The notes: a model not told the origin generated them from the sequence alone. Shown: positions 20,273 through 30,532, counted from the first letter of the stretch. The stretch: 64,000 nucleotides of DNA from Polyangiales bacterium (GCA_044229975.1 JBGARZ010000003.1:320001-384000); one strand, 5' to 3'. Numbers and translations: made by a program.

Positions 20273-20863
20273 TCAGTGCGGGGCGTTGGGCGTGGTGGCG
20301 CCCGCGGCGTTGACGCGCAGGCGCTCGGCGATGCGCTCGCGCACCGGGGCGTTTTCGCGGTCGAGCGACTCGCGGCGGCGGATGGCCTCCAGGCGGGCGC
20401 GCGGCACGGCGGCGCTGACCAGGTTGGCGTGCGCGTCGGCGAACTCGGCCACCACGCCCCAGGCCCCGATGGCTTCGCGCCAGAGCCCCTGGGCCTCGTT
20501 GAGTTCGGCGATGCCGACGAGGGCGCGCGCGCGGTCGGCGTCGGCGCTCGACTCGATGGCGAGGCGGAGCGCCTCGCGGTAGTTGCCGAGCGCGGTGGCG
20601 GCCTCGTTGCGGGCGCGGGAGACGGCGGCCATGCGCAGCCACGGAACGGGCGATCGCGGGTCACGCTGCACGGCCTCGCGGAAGGCCGTCATCGCACCGT
20701 CGTAGTCGTGCTGGAGGAAGGCCGTCGCCCCGCGGTGGAGGCTCTGCTCAAAGGGTGGCGGCGTACGCGGCGGCGTCTGCGCGAGCGCGGTGGCGGGGCC
20801 CACGGAGAGCAGTGCGAAGAGGGCGAGGACGGAGGGTCGCGGCACGGCGGCGACGATACACAA
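20273..20863 (-). CDS. Exported TPR-like protein (start uncertain)
   Basis: Signal peptide ALA-Q; GATAFLQHDYDGAMTAFREAVQRDP TPR. Confidence 0.72.
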   Translation of the reverse strand: MCIVAAVPRPSVLALFALLSVGPATALAQTPPRTPPPFEQSLHRGATAFLQHDYDGAMTAFREAVQRDPRSPVPWLRMAAVSRARNEAATALGNYREALRLAIESSADADRARALVGIAELNEAQGLWREAIGAWGVVAEFADAHANLVSAAVPRARLEAIRRRESLDRENAPVRERIAERLRVNAAGATTPNAPH

Positions 20864-20866
20864 CCG

Positions 20867-21541
20867 TCAGTGCGCGCGGTACTCGTAGTAGTAGCGGAGC
20901 ACCTGGCGGACGTAGTGCTGGGTCTCCTCGTACGGGGGCACCGCGCCGTAGCGGATGACCGCGCCGCTGCCGGCGTTGTAGGCCGCGAGGGTGAGCACGA
21001 GGTCGCCGTTGAAGGTGTTGGCGAGCACGCGCAGGTAGCGGGTGCCGCCGAGCACGCTCTGGCGCGGGTCGAAGGGGTCGGTGACGGTCATGCTCTGCGC
21101 GGTGGCGGGGAGCATCTGCATGAGGCCGAGGGCGCCCGACGAGGAGACGCTCCAGGCGTTGAAGTCGCTCTCCTGCTTGATGACCGCGCGGATGAGCGCC
21201 TCGGGGATCTGGTAGAGCTGCGCCGCCTCGCGGATGAACGGGTCGTAGCGGGTGTAGCGGCTCGTGTCGCCGCGGGCGGCGTCGTACTGCGCGCGCACCT
21301 CGGGGCCGATGGTCGGCATGTTGGGCGCGCTGATGACCTGGGACGGTGCGTCGGGCGGCGGCCGGTGGTCGGGCGTCGAGATGATGACCCGCGCGTTGGG
21401 CCGACGGTTGGCGGGGACGTTGGTGAAGTGCAGCGAGCCATCGGCGCCACGCGACATCCAGATCTGCGCCGACGCGGCGGGAGCCAGGGCGAGCAGGGCA
21501 GCAGCGAAGGACGTCAAGGCGGGCAGGCGCACGGTGGTCAC
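20867..21541 (-). CDS. Lytic transglycosylase (SLT) with N-terminal DUF4124-like domain
   Basis: GSLHFTNVP; AVIKQESDFN, GALGLMQMLP, AAYNAG, ETQHYV. Confidence 0.92.
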   Translation of the reverse strand: MTTVRLPALTSFAAALLALAPAASAQIWMSRGADGSLHFTNVPANRRPNARVIISTPDHRPPPDAPSQVISAPNMPTIGPEVRAQYDAARGDTSRYTRYDPFIREAAQLYQIPEALIRAVIKQESDFNAWSVSSSGALGLMQMLPATAQSMTVTDPFDPRQSVLGGTRYLRVLANTFNGDLVLTLAAYNAGSGAVIRYGAVPPYEETQHYVRQVLRYYYEYRAH

Positions 21542-21613
21542 ACGATAGCCAACGACGGGGGTCGAGGGCTAGTTCCCGGAGAGGCGACGGGGGGGTATGG
21601 TGCGCGGACATCG

Positions 21614-23218
21614 ATGCGAGAGACCACGGACTTCCTCGTTCTCGGCAGCGGCATCGCCGGGCTCACCCTGGCACTTCGGGCGGCGGAGAAGGGCGACGTG
21701 CTCATCGTCACCAAGCGCGCCCGCGACGACGCCAACACCACCTACGCCCAGGGCGGCATCTCGGCGGTGCTCGACCCCAACGACAGCTTCGACGCCCACG
21801 TCGACGACACGCTCGTGGCCGGCGCCGGGCTCTGCAAGAAGGACATCGTCGAGATCTGCGTGAAGGAGGGCCCCGAGGCCATCGCCGACCTCGTGGCGCT
21901 CGGCACGCGCTTCAACCGCGTCGTGGGCGCCGACGGCAACAGCCACTTCGAGCTCGCGCGCGAGGGCGGCCACAGCGCGCGGCGGGTCATCCACTCGGGG
22001 GACATCACCGGGCGCGAGGTCGAGCGCGCACTGCTGGAAGCCGCCGAGGCGCACCCGCGCATCCGCTTCCTCGAACACCACATGGCCGTCGACCTCATCA
22101 CGCTGTCGAAGTTCGGCGGGCCTGATGTGTGCGCCGGGGCCTACGTGCTCGACACCCAGCGCGCGACGGTGCTCACCGTGCTGGCGCGGGCGACGGTGCT
22201 CGCGACGGGCGGCGCGGGGAAGGTCTACCTCTACACGTCCAACCCGGACGTCGCGACGGGCGACGGGGTCGCGATGGCCTACCGCGCGGGGGCCGAGGTC
22301 GCGAACATGGAGTTCTATCAATTCCATCCGACGGTGCTCTACCACCCGCAGGCCAAGAGCTTTCTCATCAGCGAGGCGCTGCGCGGAGAGGGCGGCGTGC
22401 TCCGCCTCGAAGACGGAACGGCCTTCATGAAGAAGCACCACGCGATGGCCGACCTCGCGCCGCGCGACGTGGTGGCCCGCGCCATCGACTACGAGATGAA
22501 GCGCTCGGGCGAAGACTGCGTGTGGCTCGACATGACGCACCACACGGCCGACTTCCTGCGGCAGCGCTTTCCCAACATCCACGCCGAGTGTCTTCGGTAC
22601 GGCGTCGACATGACCGAGCGGCCGATCCCGGTGGTTCCGGCGGCGCACTACTGCTGCGGCGGGGTGACGACCGACGCGTGGGGGCGCACGTCCATCCCAG
22701 GGCTGTGGGCGGTGGGTGAGGTCGCGTGCACGGGGCTGCACGGCGCCAACCGCCTCGCGAGCAACTCGCTGCTGGAGGGGCTCGTGTTCGGCAAGCGCGC
22801 GGCGGCGATTCTCCACGAGGAGGCGCGGAGTGAGCCGTGGCCGGAGGTTCCGGATTGGGACGCCGGGCAGGCGGCGCCGAGCGACGAGGCCGTGGTGGTC
22901 ACCCAGAACTGGGACGAGCTCCGTCGGCTCATGTGGAACTACGTCGGCATCGTTCGCTCCAACAAGCGCCTCCAGCGCGCGTCACGGCGCATCGCGCTGC
23001 TCCAGGAGGAGATCCGCGACTACTACTGGAACCACCTCGTCACTCGCGACATGTTGGAGCTGCGCAACATCGCGACGGTGGCCGAGCTCATCGTGGCGAG
23101 CGCCCTGTGCCGCAAGGAGTCGCGGGGTCTGCACTACACACTCGACCACCGCGACACCGACATGACGCAGGCACGAGACTCGGTCGTGAAGCGCGGCGTG
23201 GGCGCACACCTGCGTTGA
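21614..23218 (+). CDS. nadB: L-aspartate oxidase
   Basis: GSGIAG, YAQGGI, EGGHSARR, MEFYQFHPT, PAAHYCCGG, HGANRLASNSLLE, ESRGLH. Confidence 0.96.
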   Translation: MRETTDFLVLGSGIAGLTLALRAAEKGDVLIVTKRARDDANTTYAQGGISAVLDPNDSFDAHVDDTLVAGAGLCKKDIVEICVKEGPEAIADLVALGTRFNRVVGADGNSHFELAREGGHSARRVIHSGDITGREVERALLEAAEAHPRIRFLEHHMAVDLITLSKFGGPDVCAGAYVLDTQRATVLTVLARATVLATGGAGKVYLYTSNPDVATGDGVAMAYRAGAEVANMEFYQFHPTVLYHPQAKSFLISEALRGEGGVLRLEDGTAFMKKHHAMADLAPRDVVARAIDYEMKRSGEDCVWLDMTHHTADFLRQRFPNIHAECLRYGVDMTERPIPVVPAAHYCCGGVTTDAWGRTSIPGLWAVGEVACTGLHGANRLASNSLLEGLVFGKRAAAILHEEARSEPWPEVPDWDAGQAAPSDEAVVVTQNWDELRRLMWNYVGIVRSNKRLQRASRRIALLQEEIRDYYWNHLVTRDMLELRNIATVAELIVASALCRKESRGLHYTLDHRDTDMTQARDSVVKRGVGAHLR

Positions 23219-23279
23219 CACCACCGCGACCGCGACGGCAACGTCATCGACGGCACTGATCCGGTCGAGGTGATGGTTG

Positions 23280-24839
23280 ATGTCGAGGCGCGCGCGGAGC
23301 GGGTTGTGGTTGGCGGCGGTGGTCGGCGTGCTCAGCGGTTGCGGCGGCGACGGGGCCTGGGCGCCGTGGATGTTCATCGACAGCGGCAGCACCGACGACA
23401 CTGCGACGGCGGCGACGGACGTGGCCGCGAGCGACGTGGTCGATGCGGGCGACGTGATCGATGCGGGCGCGCGTGACGCGGACGGCGGCGATGCCTCCGA
23501 TGGTGGCGATGCCCCCGATGGTGACGACGCAACGGCGCTGGATGTGACGCTGGTCTTCGACGCAGCCGACGTGGGCGCCGCGCCGGACGCCGGGTTCGAC
23601 GCGGGCGGTACGACCGACGTCGGCGTCGCGATGGATGCGGGCGTCGATGTGCCCGTCGACCGGGGACAACCCGTCGACACGGGCTTCGATGTCCCCGTCG
23701 ACCGAGGGCAACCCGTCGACACCGGTGTCGATGTGCCCGTCGACCGGGGACAGCCCATCGACGCGGGCGTTGATGTCCCGGTCGATCGCGGGCCCACCGA
23801 CACGGGCGTCGACGTCCCCATCGATCGCGGTCCAGCAGATACCGGCGTTGACGTCCCCATCGATCGCGGACCCACCGACACGGGCGTCGACGTCCCCATC
23901 GATCGGGGCCCGACGGACACGGGCGTCGACGTCCCCATCGATCGGGGCCCGACGGACACGGGCGTTGATGTTCCGGTCGACGTCGGCAGCACCGCGGACA
24001 CGGGCGGCGTCCCGGCCCCCGACCCGGTCAGCTACACCGGGAGCTTCGCGGTGCGCACCGGGCGCTTCACCGCCAACCTCACGGTGCAGGGCGAGCGGCG
24101 CAGCATCGTGCTCGTCGTCCCCACCAACGCCGGGAGCAATCCCCCTCTCCTGCTGCTCTTCCATGGGACCAACGGAGACGGCGCGGGCGTGATGACCGAG
24201 GCCAACGCGCAGGCCCTCGCCAACAGCGCCGGGGTCATCGTCGCCGCGCCCTCCTCGCGCTGGATCGGTCACGGCGACTGGGACCACGCCACCGAAGAGA
24301 CCTACTGGGAGACCGCGCCCAACACGGACATCAACAACAACCAGGACATCGTCCTGACACGCGCCATCATGGTCGAGGCCCAGCGCGCGTACGGCGTCGA
24401 CCCCGCCCGCATCTACGCGATGGGTCACTCCAACGGTGCGTTCTTCGCGCAGTTCATCGCGGTGCTACTGCGCGACCGCATCGCGGCGTTTACCGAGAAC
24501 TCGGGCGGTCTCGTGCGCTGCGGCCGCACCACGGGGTGCACCTTCCGCGGCAGCGGCACGACGTGCTCCGTGCTCGCGACCCGCTCGGGCTACTGCGCGT
24601 GCACCGGCGCCGAGCTCGCGGTGCCAGTCCCCACGAGCGGGCGCATGCCCCCCGGCCTGCTCACCCACGGTACCGACGACCCCCTCGTCTCGGTCTATTA
24701 CACCTGCACCCTCGCCCAGCGCATGACGGCGAACGGCCACTACCAGGAGACCCAGCTCTTCAACGGGGAGGGACACGCCATCCCCTCCAACTGGGCGCAG
24801 CTCGTGTGGCCGTTCTTGTCGACGCGCCGCCTGTACTAG
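23280..24839 (+). CDS. Lipoprotein alpha/beta-hydrolase (PHB depolymerase/LpqC-like esterase) on an acidic repeat stalk
   Basis: Lipobox LSGC; FHGT, GHSNG nucleophile, HGTDDPLV, GEGH. Confidence 0.8.
   Translation: MSRRARSGLWLAAVVGVLSGCGGDGAWAPWMFIDSGSTDDTATAATDVAASDVVDAGDVIDAGARDADGGDASDGGDAPDGDDATALDVTLVFDAADVGAAPDAGFDAGGTTDVGVAMDAGVDVPVDRGQPVDTGFDVPVDRGQPVDTGVDVPVDRGQPIDAGVDVPVDRGPTDTGVDVPIDRGPADTGVDVPIDRGPTDTGVDVPIDRGPTDTGVDVPIDRGPTDTGVDVPVDVGSTADTGGVPAPDPVSYTGSFAVRTGRFTANLTVQGERRSIVLVVPTNAGSNPPLLLLFHGTNGDGAGVMTEANAQALANSAGVIVAAPSSRWIGHGDWDHATEETYWETAPNTDINNNQDIVLTRAIMVEAQRAYGVDPARIYAMGHSNGAFFAQFIAVLLRDRIAAFTENSGGLVRCGRTTGCTFRGSGTTCSVLATRSGYCACTGAELAVPVPTSGRMPPGLLTHGTDDPLVSVYYTCTLAQRMTANGHYQETQLFNGEGHAIPSNWAQLVWPFLSTRRLY
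23634..23987 (+). repeat. In-frame tandem repeat: 3 x 42 bp, 5 x 39 bp and a partial unit
   Basis: D[AT]G[VF]DVPVDRGQP[VI] x3, then D[AT]GVDVP[IV]DRGP[TA] x5. Confidence 0.92.
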
Positions 24840-25147
24840 CAGCCCTCGTCGACGACGCCGTTGCAGTTGTCGTCACAGCCGTTGCACACCTCGGCCGAGC
24901 CCTGCACGCACCCGCCGCACGCCCGCTGATAGACGGGAGGGGGCTGCTGGTACACCGGCTGCGCCGGCTGCTGATAGACGGGCTGCTGCTGGTAGACGGG
25001 CTGCTGCTGCTGCACCACCACGCTGCCGCGCGCCCCGTAGTACACGGGCTGCGGTCGCGCCCTCACGACGCATCCGCCGAGCGCGAGCGCGCCCACCACT
25101 GCCACCGCCGCCGAGACCGCCCAACGAGCCTTGTTCGTGTTGATCAC
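24836..25147 (-). CDS. Small lipoprotein with QPVYQ repeats and one myxobacterial putative metal-binding motif
   Basis: GAGG RBS, lipobox LGGC, C-terminal AEVCNGCDDNCNGVVDEGC. Confidence 0.8.
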   Translation of the reverse strand: MINTNKARWAVSAAVAVVGALALGGCVVRARPQPVYYGARGSVVVQQQQPVYQQQPVYQQPAQPVYQQPPPVYQRACGGCVQGSAEVCNGCDDNCNGVVDEGC

Positions 25148-25271
25148 CGATGTACCTCTTTGCCCTGATGATGGAAGACCCGCGGGCTCTCCGACCGCGT
25201 GCGGGCGCAGGGTAGCGCATCCGCCGCGCGGGGTTGCCGTCCGCGATGCGCTTCGGCTACGGTCCGCCGCG

Positions 25272-26156
25272 ATGTCAGGCCTCCGTCCCCTCTCCGCTGC
25301 GTTTGTGCTGGCTTTTCTGGCTCCGGCTTGCGCGTCCTCCCAGAGCGCGCGCGCCGCCGTGCACTACCAGGACGAGGCCCGCGAGGCCTACGAGCAGGCC
25401 ATGCAGCGCTTCCGCGACGAGGAGTGGCCCGAGGCGATGGAGGCGTTTCGCACCGTCCACCACGACTACTCCACCTCGCGCTGGGGCTCGCTCGCCGAGC
25501 TCCGCATGGCCGATGTGCAGTTCAAGCAGGAGCAGTTCACCGAGGCCCTCGCGGCCTACCGCGCCTGGCTCCGCTACCACGCCTCGTCGAGCGAGTCCGT
25601 GCACGCGCACTTCATGATCGCGCGCTGCTACGTGTCCCAGATGCCGGACGACTGGTTCCTGGTTCCGCCGAGCTTCGAGCGTGACCTGAGCGCCGTGCAC
25701 GACGCGCAGGGCGCCCTCTCGCGCTTCATCCGCGACTACCCCGAGGCCACGCAGCTCACCGAGGCGCGCACCCTCCTGCGCGACGTGCGCCTCGTGCTCG
25801 CCCGCCACGAGCTCTACGTCGCGGAGTTCTACGTCACCCGCGAGCGCTATCCCGCCGCCATCAACCGCCTGCTCGGCGTCGTGGGCAACTACGAGGGCAC
25901 CGGCCTCGAAGCGCAGTCGCTCCTCCAGCTCGGCGAGCTGTACCTCCGCACCGACCAGCAGCCCCAGGCCCGCGGCGCCTTCGAATCCATCATCGAGACG
26001 TACCCCCGTTCGCCCCAGGTCGAGGCCGCGCGGCGCTACCTCGCGCGCGTCGGCCCCGGCCCGACGGTCGCGCTCGACACCTCGGCGGCCATCATCTCCA
26101 CGTCCTCGTCCTCCTCGTCGTCGTCCTCGTCCCGCCCGTCGCGGGCCGTCCAGTAG
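25272..26156 (+). CDS. bamD: Outer membrane protein assembly factor BamD
   Basis: Lipobox APAC; TPR pattern AELRMAD..F, ERD...A...F...YP, LARHELYVAEFY, AAINR; poly-Ser tail. Confidence 0.88.
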   Translation: MSGLRPLSAAFVLAFLAPACASSQSARAAVHYQDEAREAYEQAMQRFRDEEWPEAMEAFRTVHHDYSTSRWGSLAELRMADVQFKQEQFTEALAAYRAWLRYHASSSESVHAHFMIARCYVSQMPDDWFLVPPSFERDLSAVHDAQGALSRFIRDYPEATQLTEARTLLRDVRLVLARHELYVAEFYVTRERYPAAINRLLGVVGNYEGTGLEAQSLLQLGELYLRTDQQPQARGAFESIIETYPRSPQVEAARRYLARVGPGPTVALDTSAAIISTSSSSSSSSSSRPSRAVQ

Positions 26157-26184
26157 TCGTTCGCCTCGAAGGAGCCGCGCACCG

Positions 26185-26967
26185 ATGAGCGAGTCGTACA
26201 AGCACCACCTCGCCCTCGGCCGCGAGCTCTACCAGCGCGAAGACTTCCGCGCCTCCGAGGCCCAGCTCCGCATGGTGCTCGCGGTGCGCGACGACCTGCC
26301 CGACGTGCACCACATGCTCGGCGTCATCCACCACGACCGACGCGACCTCGACGAGGCCCGCCTCTGCTTCGAGCGCGCGCTGCTCCTCAACCCCGACTAC
26401 ACCGAGGCCGCGCTCAACCTCTCCATCGTCTGCAACGAGCTCGGCGCGTACACCGCCGCCCGCGAGGTGGTCGGATCGATCTCCGAACGCGCCCGCCACG
26501 GCCAGCGCATCGACCCCTACGCCCGCGGCAAGATCGCCAACCTCCACGGCGACGTCGCCCGCGCCTACGAAGAGCTCGGCATGTGGTCCGAGGCCATCGA
26601 GGAGTACCGCCGCGGCCTCAACCTCTGCCCCGACTACTCCGACCTGCGAACGCGACTCGCCATGTGTCTGCGCTCCGACGGCGACGTCGACGAGGCCCGC
26701 AAGGAGCTCGAAATCGCCGTCACCATCAATCCCCAGTTCGTCCCCGCGCGGGTCGCCCTCGGCGTGATGTACATGACCCAGGGGCGCCACGACGAGGCCG
26801 CCCTCGCCTGGCGCGAGTGCCTCAAGATCGACCCCGCGCATCGCCCTGCGCGCGTGTACCTGCGGCTGCTCGACGAGCCCGAGGTGCGACCGTCGAAGTT
26901 TCCTCCGCCCGAGGCCATCGGCCCCGACGACGACCTCACCTTCGAGCTGCTCACCGACACGAAGTAG
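26185..26967 (+). CDS. Cytoplasmic TPR protein
   Basis: GGAG RBS; repeated TPRs (DVHHMLGVI, ALLLNPDYTEA, INPQFVPARVALG). Confidence 0.85.
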   Translation: MSESYKHHLALGRELYQREDFRASEAQLRMVLAVRDDLPDVHHMLGVIHHDRRDLDEARLCFERALLLNPDYTEAALNLSIVCNELGAYTAAREVVGSISERARHGQRIDPYARGKIANLHGDVARAYEELGMWSEAIEEYRRGLNLCPDYSDLRTRLAMCLRSDGDVDEARKELEIAVTINPQFVPARVALGVMYMTQGRHDEAALAWRECLKIDPAHRPARVYLRLLDEPEVRPSKFPPPEAIGPDDDLTFELLTDTK

Positions 26968-26971
26968 CGAG

Positions 26972-28636
26972 CTAGCGGCGTAGCCCGAGCGCGCGCCACC
27001 AGTCGGCGATGACGTGGGTCGCACCGCCGATGAGCGCCGCCGCCAGCAGCGCGACGCCCACCCACGGGAAGCGCCCCGAGGCGATGACGGCCGAGCCCCC
27101 CACGACCAGCGCCGCGACGACCAGACCCGCGTAGAGGCGACGGCCGAGGCGATCGAGGGACTGCGGCGCCTGCGCGTCGGTGGTCTTGAGCGTGAGGTGA
27201 CCCTGGCGGAGGTCTTCGAGGATCTCCGACACCTGCTCGGGCATCTGCCCCGCCATGCCGGTCATCCGCATCGCCGTGCGCACGAGGTCGCCGGTGAGCT
27301 TGTCGGGCGAGTACCGCTGCGCCACCAGCCGGATGAGGTGGGGCCGGGCCTCCGAGAACACGTCGAGGTCGGGCGCGATCTGCCGCGCCGTGCCTTCGAG
27401 CGTCATGAGCGCGCGGCCCACGAGCATGAAGTCCGGCGGCATGTCGATGCCGTGCTTCACCGCGCCCCAGATGAGGTCGCGCACCACGGCGGCGATCTCG
27501 ATCTCGCCGAGCGCGCGGCCGACGTACTTGCGACCGCGCATCTCCACGTCGGCGCGAAACGCGGCCATGTCGACCTTGCGCGTGGGGCGCCCGAGGGCGA
27601 GCAGCGCGTCGGCCACGGAGCCGTAGTCCTCGCGGGCGGCGGCGACCATGAGGTCGAGCGCACGATCGCGAACGGCCCCGGAGAGGTGACCGACGAGGCC
27701 GAGGTCGAGCAGACCCACCACGGGCGCGTCGTTGGCGCCCAGCACGAGGAGGTTTCCGGGGTGCGGGTCGGCGTGGAAGAAGCCGTCCTCGAAGATCATC
27801 TTGATGACGACGTCGACGCTCGCGCTCGCGAGCTTGCGGCCCTCCAGGCCCTGCGCGAGCGCGTCGTTGAGCTTGCGCCCATCGAGGAACTCCAGCGTCA
27901 GCACGCGCTTGCCCGAGTGCGATCGGTAGACCTTCGGGAAGCGCACGCGGGGGTCGCCCTCGAAGTTCTTGGCGAAGCGCTCGGCGTGGTCGGCTTCGAG
28001 GAGGAAGTCGAGCTCGGCCTTGATGCTGCGATCGAACTCCGACACCAGCGCGACCGGCGAGTAGCGCCGCGACTCGGGCACCGCCCGCTCCAGCGCCCGC
28101 GCGAACCAGTAGAGCAGGTCGACGTCCCGCGCGACGGTCTCCTGGATGCCCGGTCGCTGCACCTTGAGCGCGACCTCGCGCGGGGGTTGTCCCTCCACGT
28201 CGGAGGCGAGGCGTCCGCGGTGCACCTGCGCGATGGAGGCGCTCGCGAGGGGCTTCTCGTCGACGGACACGAAGAGGTCGGCGATGGGCCCACCGAGCTC
28301 GGCCTCGATCTCCTGGCGGACGGCCTCCCAGGAGATGGGCTTCACGTCGTCCTGCAACACCTTGAGCTCGGTGATGACCTCCGGCGGCAGCAGGTCGGCG
28401 CGGGTCGAGGCGATCTGCCCGAGCTTCACGAACGACGGCCCGAGGTCTTGCAGCACGAAGCGCACGCGCTGCGCGAGCGAGTGCGATCGCAGGTCCGTGG
28501 CCTCGGCGCTCCGGGTGACGAGCAGCGAGTCGAGGCCGAGCCGCTGCACCACCTCGCCGAAGCCGTGGCGCCAGAGCACCGCGACGATTTCCCTCAGCCG
28601 GTCGAGATCGCGAAACGCCGTGATGACCGAGGGCAT
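26972..28636 (-). CDS. ABC1/UbiB (AarF) family atypical kinase
   Basis: LGPSFVKLGQ..STR.D, ASASIAQVH, VALKVQRP, FHADPHPGN, LDLG, 2 C-terminal TMs. Confidence 0.93.
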   Translation of the reverse strand: MPSVITAFRDLDRLREIVAVLWRHGFGEVVQRLGLDSLLVTRSAEATDLRSHSLAQRVRFVLQDLGPSFVKLGQIASTRADLLPPEVITELKVLQDDVKPISWEAVRQEIEAELGGPIADLFVSVDEKPLASASIAQVHRGRLASDVEGQPPREVALKVQRPGIQETVARDVDLLYWFARALERAVPESRRYSPVALVSEFDRSIKAELDFLLEADHAERFAKNFEGDPRVRFPKVYRSHSGKRVLTLEFLDGRKLNDALAQGLEGRKLASASVDVVIKMIFEDGFFHADPHPGNLLVLGANDAPVVGLLDLGLVGHLSGAVRDRALDLMVAAAREDYGSVADALLALGRPTRKVDMAAFRADVEMRGRKYVGRALGEIEIAAVVRDLIWGAVKHGIDMPPDFMLVGRALMTLEGTARQIAPDLDVFSEARPHLIRLVAQRYSPDKLTGDLVRTAMRMTGMAGQMPEQVSEILEDLRQGHLTLKTTDAQAPQSLDRLGRRLYAGLVVAALVVGGSAVIASGRFPWVGVALLAAALIGGATHVIADWWRALGLRR

Positions 28637-28643
28637 CGCCGAC

Positions 28644-29162
28644 TCAGTCGCGCGGGCAGAGCCCGAAGCCCTGGAGGCGCACGCCCTCGACCTGGAGCTG
28701 GCAGACGCTGCCGTAGGTCATCCCGTCGCAGCCGCAGACCATGTCAGAGGCGCCCGCGTCGACCATCGGGCACGAGCCGGCCGCGCGGCGCGGCGTGCAG
28801 AACCCGCGGGTCGCGCAGCCCGCGCCGTTGCAATAGAGGTCGGGCGAAGGGCAGTCGGAGTTGGCGCTGCACCCGAGCACCGACGACTCGATGGTGACGT
28901 CGCGCAGGCCGGTGTCCGTGCGGCTCGTCGCGTCGCTGTACGCGTCGGGCACGTCGCGACCGCCGTCCATCGAAGCGTCCATGTCGCCGCCGTCGAGGCC
29001 CGCGTCCATCGACCCGTCGCGGTTGTCGCCGAGGTCGCCCGTGCGCGCGACGTCCTCCGTGACGAAGCGCCGACCCTCATCGCTACAACCGAGCGAGAGC
29101 CCCACCACCACGATCACGCAAACCCGGCCGCGCGCCGCGCGGACCCAACGCCTCATGTCCAT
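28644..29162 (-). CDS. Lipoprotein with C-terminal Kazal-like Cys domain
   Basis: Lipobox SLGC; Asp-rich linker; VCGCDGMTYGSVC. Confidence 0.75.
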   Translation of the reverse strand: MDMRRWVRAARGRVCVIVVVGLSLGCSDEGRRFVTEDVARTGDLGDNRDGSMDAGLDGGDMDASMDGGRDVPDAYSDATSRTDTGLRDVTIESSVLGCSANSDCPSPDLYCNGAGCATRGFCTPRRAAGSCPMVDAGASDMVCGCDGMTYGSVCQLQVEGVRLQGFGLCPRD

Positions 29163-29211
29163 CGCGCGGACGATGACACAGCCGGGCGCGAAAACCCACA
29201 CGCCCCGACGC

Positions 29212-30498
29212 TCAGCCGCGCGCCTCGACGAAGGCCGCTTCCGCCGCCGCGAGCGTCGCAGCGACCACCGCCTCGTCGTGCGTCACCGAGTGGAACGCTG
29301 CCTCCCACTGTGACGGCGGCAGGTACACCCCGCGCTTGAGCATCCCCTGGTGCCAGCGCGCAAAGGCCTTGGTGTCGCAGCCCTTCGCCTCGTCCCACGA
29401 GCGCACCGGCGCGTCGGTGAAGAACACCGTCCACATCGCCCCCGCGCGCTGCACGGTGACCGTCGCCCCGGCCCGCGCCGCGGCCTCACGCAGACCCGCT
29501 TCGAGGCGGGCGCCGATCGCCTCCAGCGTCGCGTAGAGCTCAGGCGTGAGCAGCGACAGCGTCGCGAGCCCGGCCGCCGTGGCGACGGGGTTTCCGCTGA
29601 GCGTTCCGGCCTGGTAGACGGGGCCGAGCGGGGCGAGGCGGTCCATGATCTCGGCGCGACCGCCGAAGGCCGCGAGGGGGAGTCCGCCGCCGACGATCTT
29701 GCCCAGCGTCGTGAGGTCGGGCGTCACGCCGTACACCGACTGGGCGCCCGCTCGCGCGAGGCGGAAGCCGGTCATCACCTCGTCGAGCACCAGCAGCGCA
29801 CCATGCTCGGTGCACAACGATCGCAAGCCCTGGAGGAAGCCCTCCGCCGGAGGGACGCAGCCCATGTTGCCGACCACCGGCTCGACGATGACCGCCGCGA
29901 TGTCGGCACCGTGCTCGGCGAAGAGCGCGCGCACCGCGTCGAGGTCGTTGAAGCGCGCGGTGAGCGTGTTGCGCGCCGCCGCCTCGGGAACACCCGCGCT
30001 GTCGGGCACGCCGAAGGTCGCCGCGCCGCTGCCCGCCTTCACGAGGAGGAAGTCGGCGTGGCCGTGGTAGCAGCCCTCGAACTTCAACACCTTGTCGCGG
30101 CCCGTGAACCCGCGGGCGAGGCGCAGGGCGCTCATGCAGGCTTCGGTTCCGCTGGAGCAGAGGCGCACCTTGTCCATGGAGGGGACGGCCTCGCAGAGCG
30201 CCTCGGCGAAGAGCACCTCGCGCTCGGTGGGCGCGCCGTAGCTCGTGCCCATCGCCGCGGCCTCGCCGATGGCCTTGATGATCGCGGGCTGCGCGTGGCC
30301 CAGCACCATCGGACCCCACGACCCGACGTAGTCGATGTAGCGCGTGCCGTCGGCGCCCCAGAGGTAGGGGCCCTCCGCGCGGGACACGTACACGGGCTCT
30401 CCGCCGACGGCGCGAAACGCGCGCACGGGGGAGTTCACGCCACCAGGGATGCGCCGGAGGGCGCGCTCATGCAGCGCGCGCGAGATGGGGTCGGACAT
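29212..30498 (-). CDS. hemL: Glutamate-1-semialdehyde 2,1-aminomutase
   Basis: PGGVNSPVRAF, SSGTEA, GCYHGH, DEVMTGFR, GKIVGGGLP, YQAGTLSGNP. Confidence 0.97.
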   Translation of the reverse strand: MSDPISRALHERALRRIPGGVNSPVRAFRAVGGEPVYVSRAEGPYLWGADGTRYIDYVGSWGPMVLGHAQPAIIKAIGEAAAMGTSYGAPTEREVLFAEALCEAVPSMDKVRLCSSGTEACMSALRLARGFTGRDKVLKFEGCYHGHADFLLVKAGSGAATFGVPDSAGVPEAAARNTLTARFNDLDAVRALFAEHGADIAAVIVEPVVGNMGCVPPAEGFLQGLRSLCTEHGALLVLDEVMTGFRLARAGAQSVYGVTPDLTTLGKIVGGGLPLAAFGGRAEIMDRLAPLGPVYQAGTLSGNPVATAAGLATLSLLTPELYATLEAIGARLEAGLREAAARAGATVTVQRAGAMWTVFFTDAPVRSWDEAKGCDTKAFARWHQGMLKRGVYLPPSQWEAAFHSVTHDEAVVAATLAAAEAAFVEARG

Positions 30499-30532
30499 GG
30501 GGCGAGCGATAGCCCCGAGGGCGCGGTGGTGT

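Noticed and set aside
20276..21613. Long N-terminal extensions in the ORF track (nadB 980 aa, aldo/keto reductase 1033 aa, maiA 406 aa, xerC 441 aa, ferredoxin 347 aa)
   Set aside because: These are antisense or off-frame shadows over real genes in GC-rich DNA; family homology starts at the downstream codons I used.
23634..23987. 39/42-bp repeats as a CRISPR array
   Set aside because: No unique spacers, unit lengths are multiples of three, variation is synonymous, the array is inside a CDS, and there are no cas genes.
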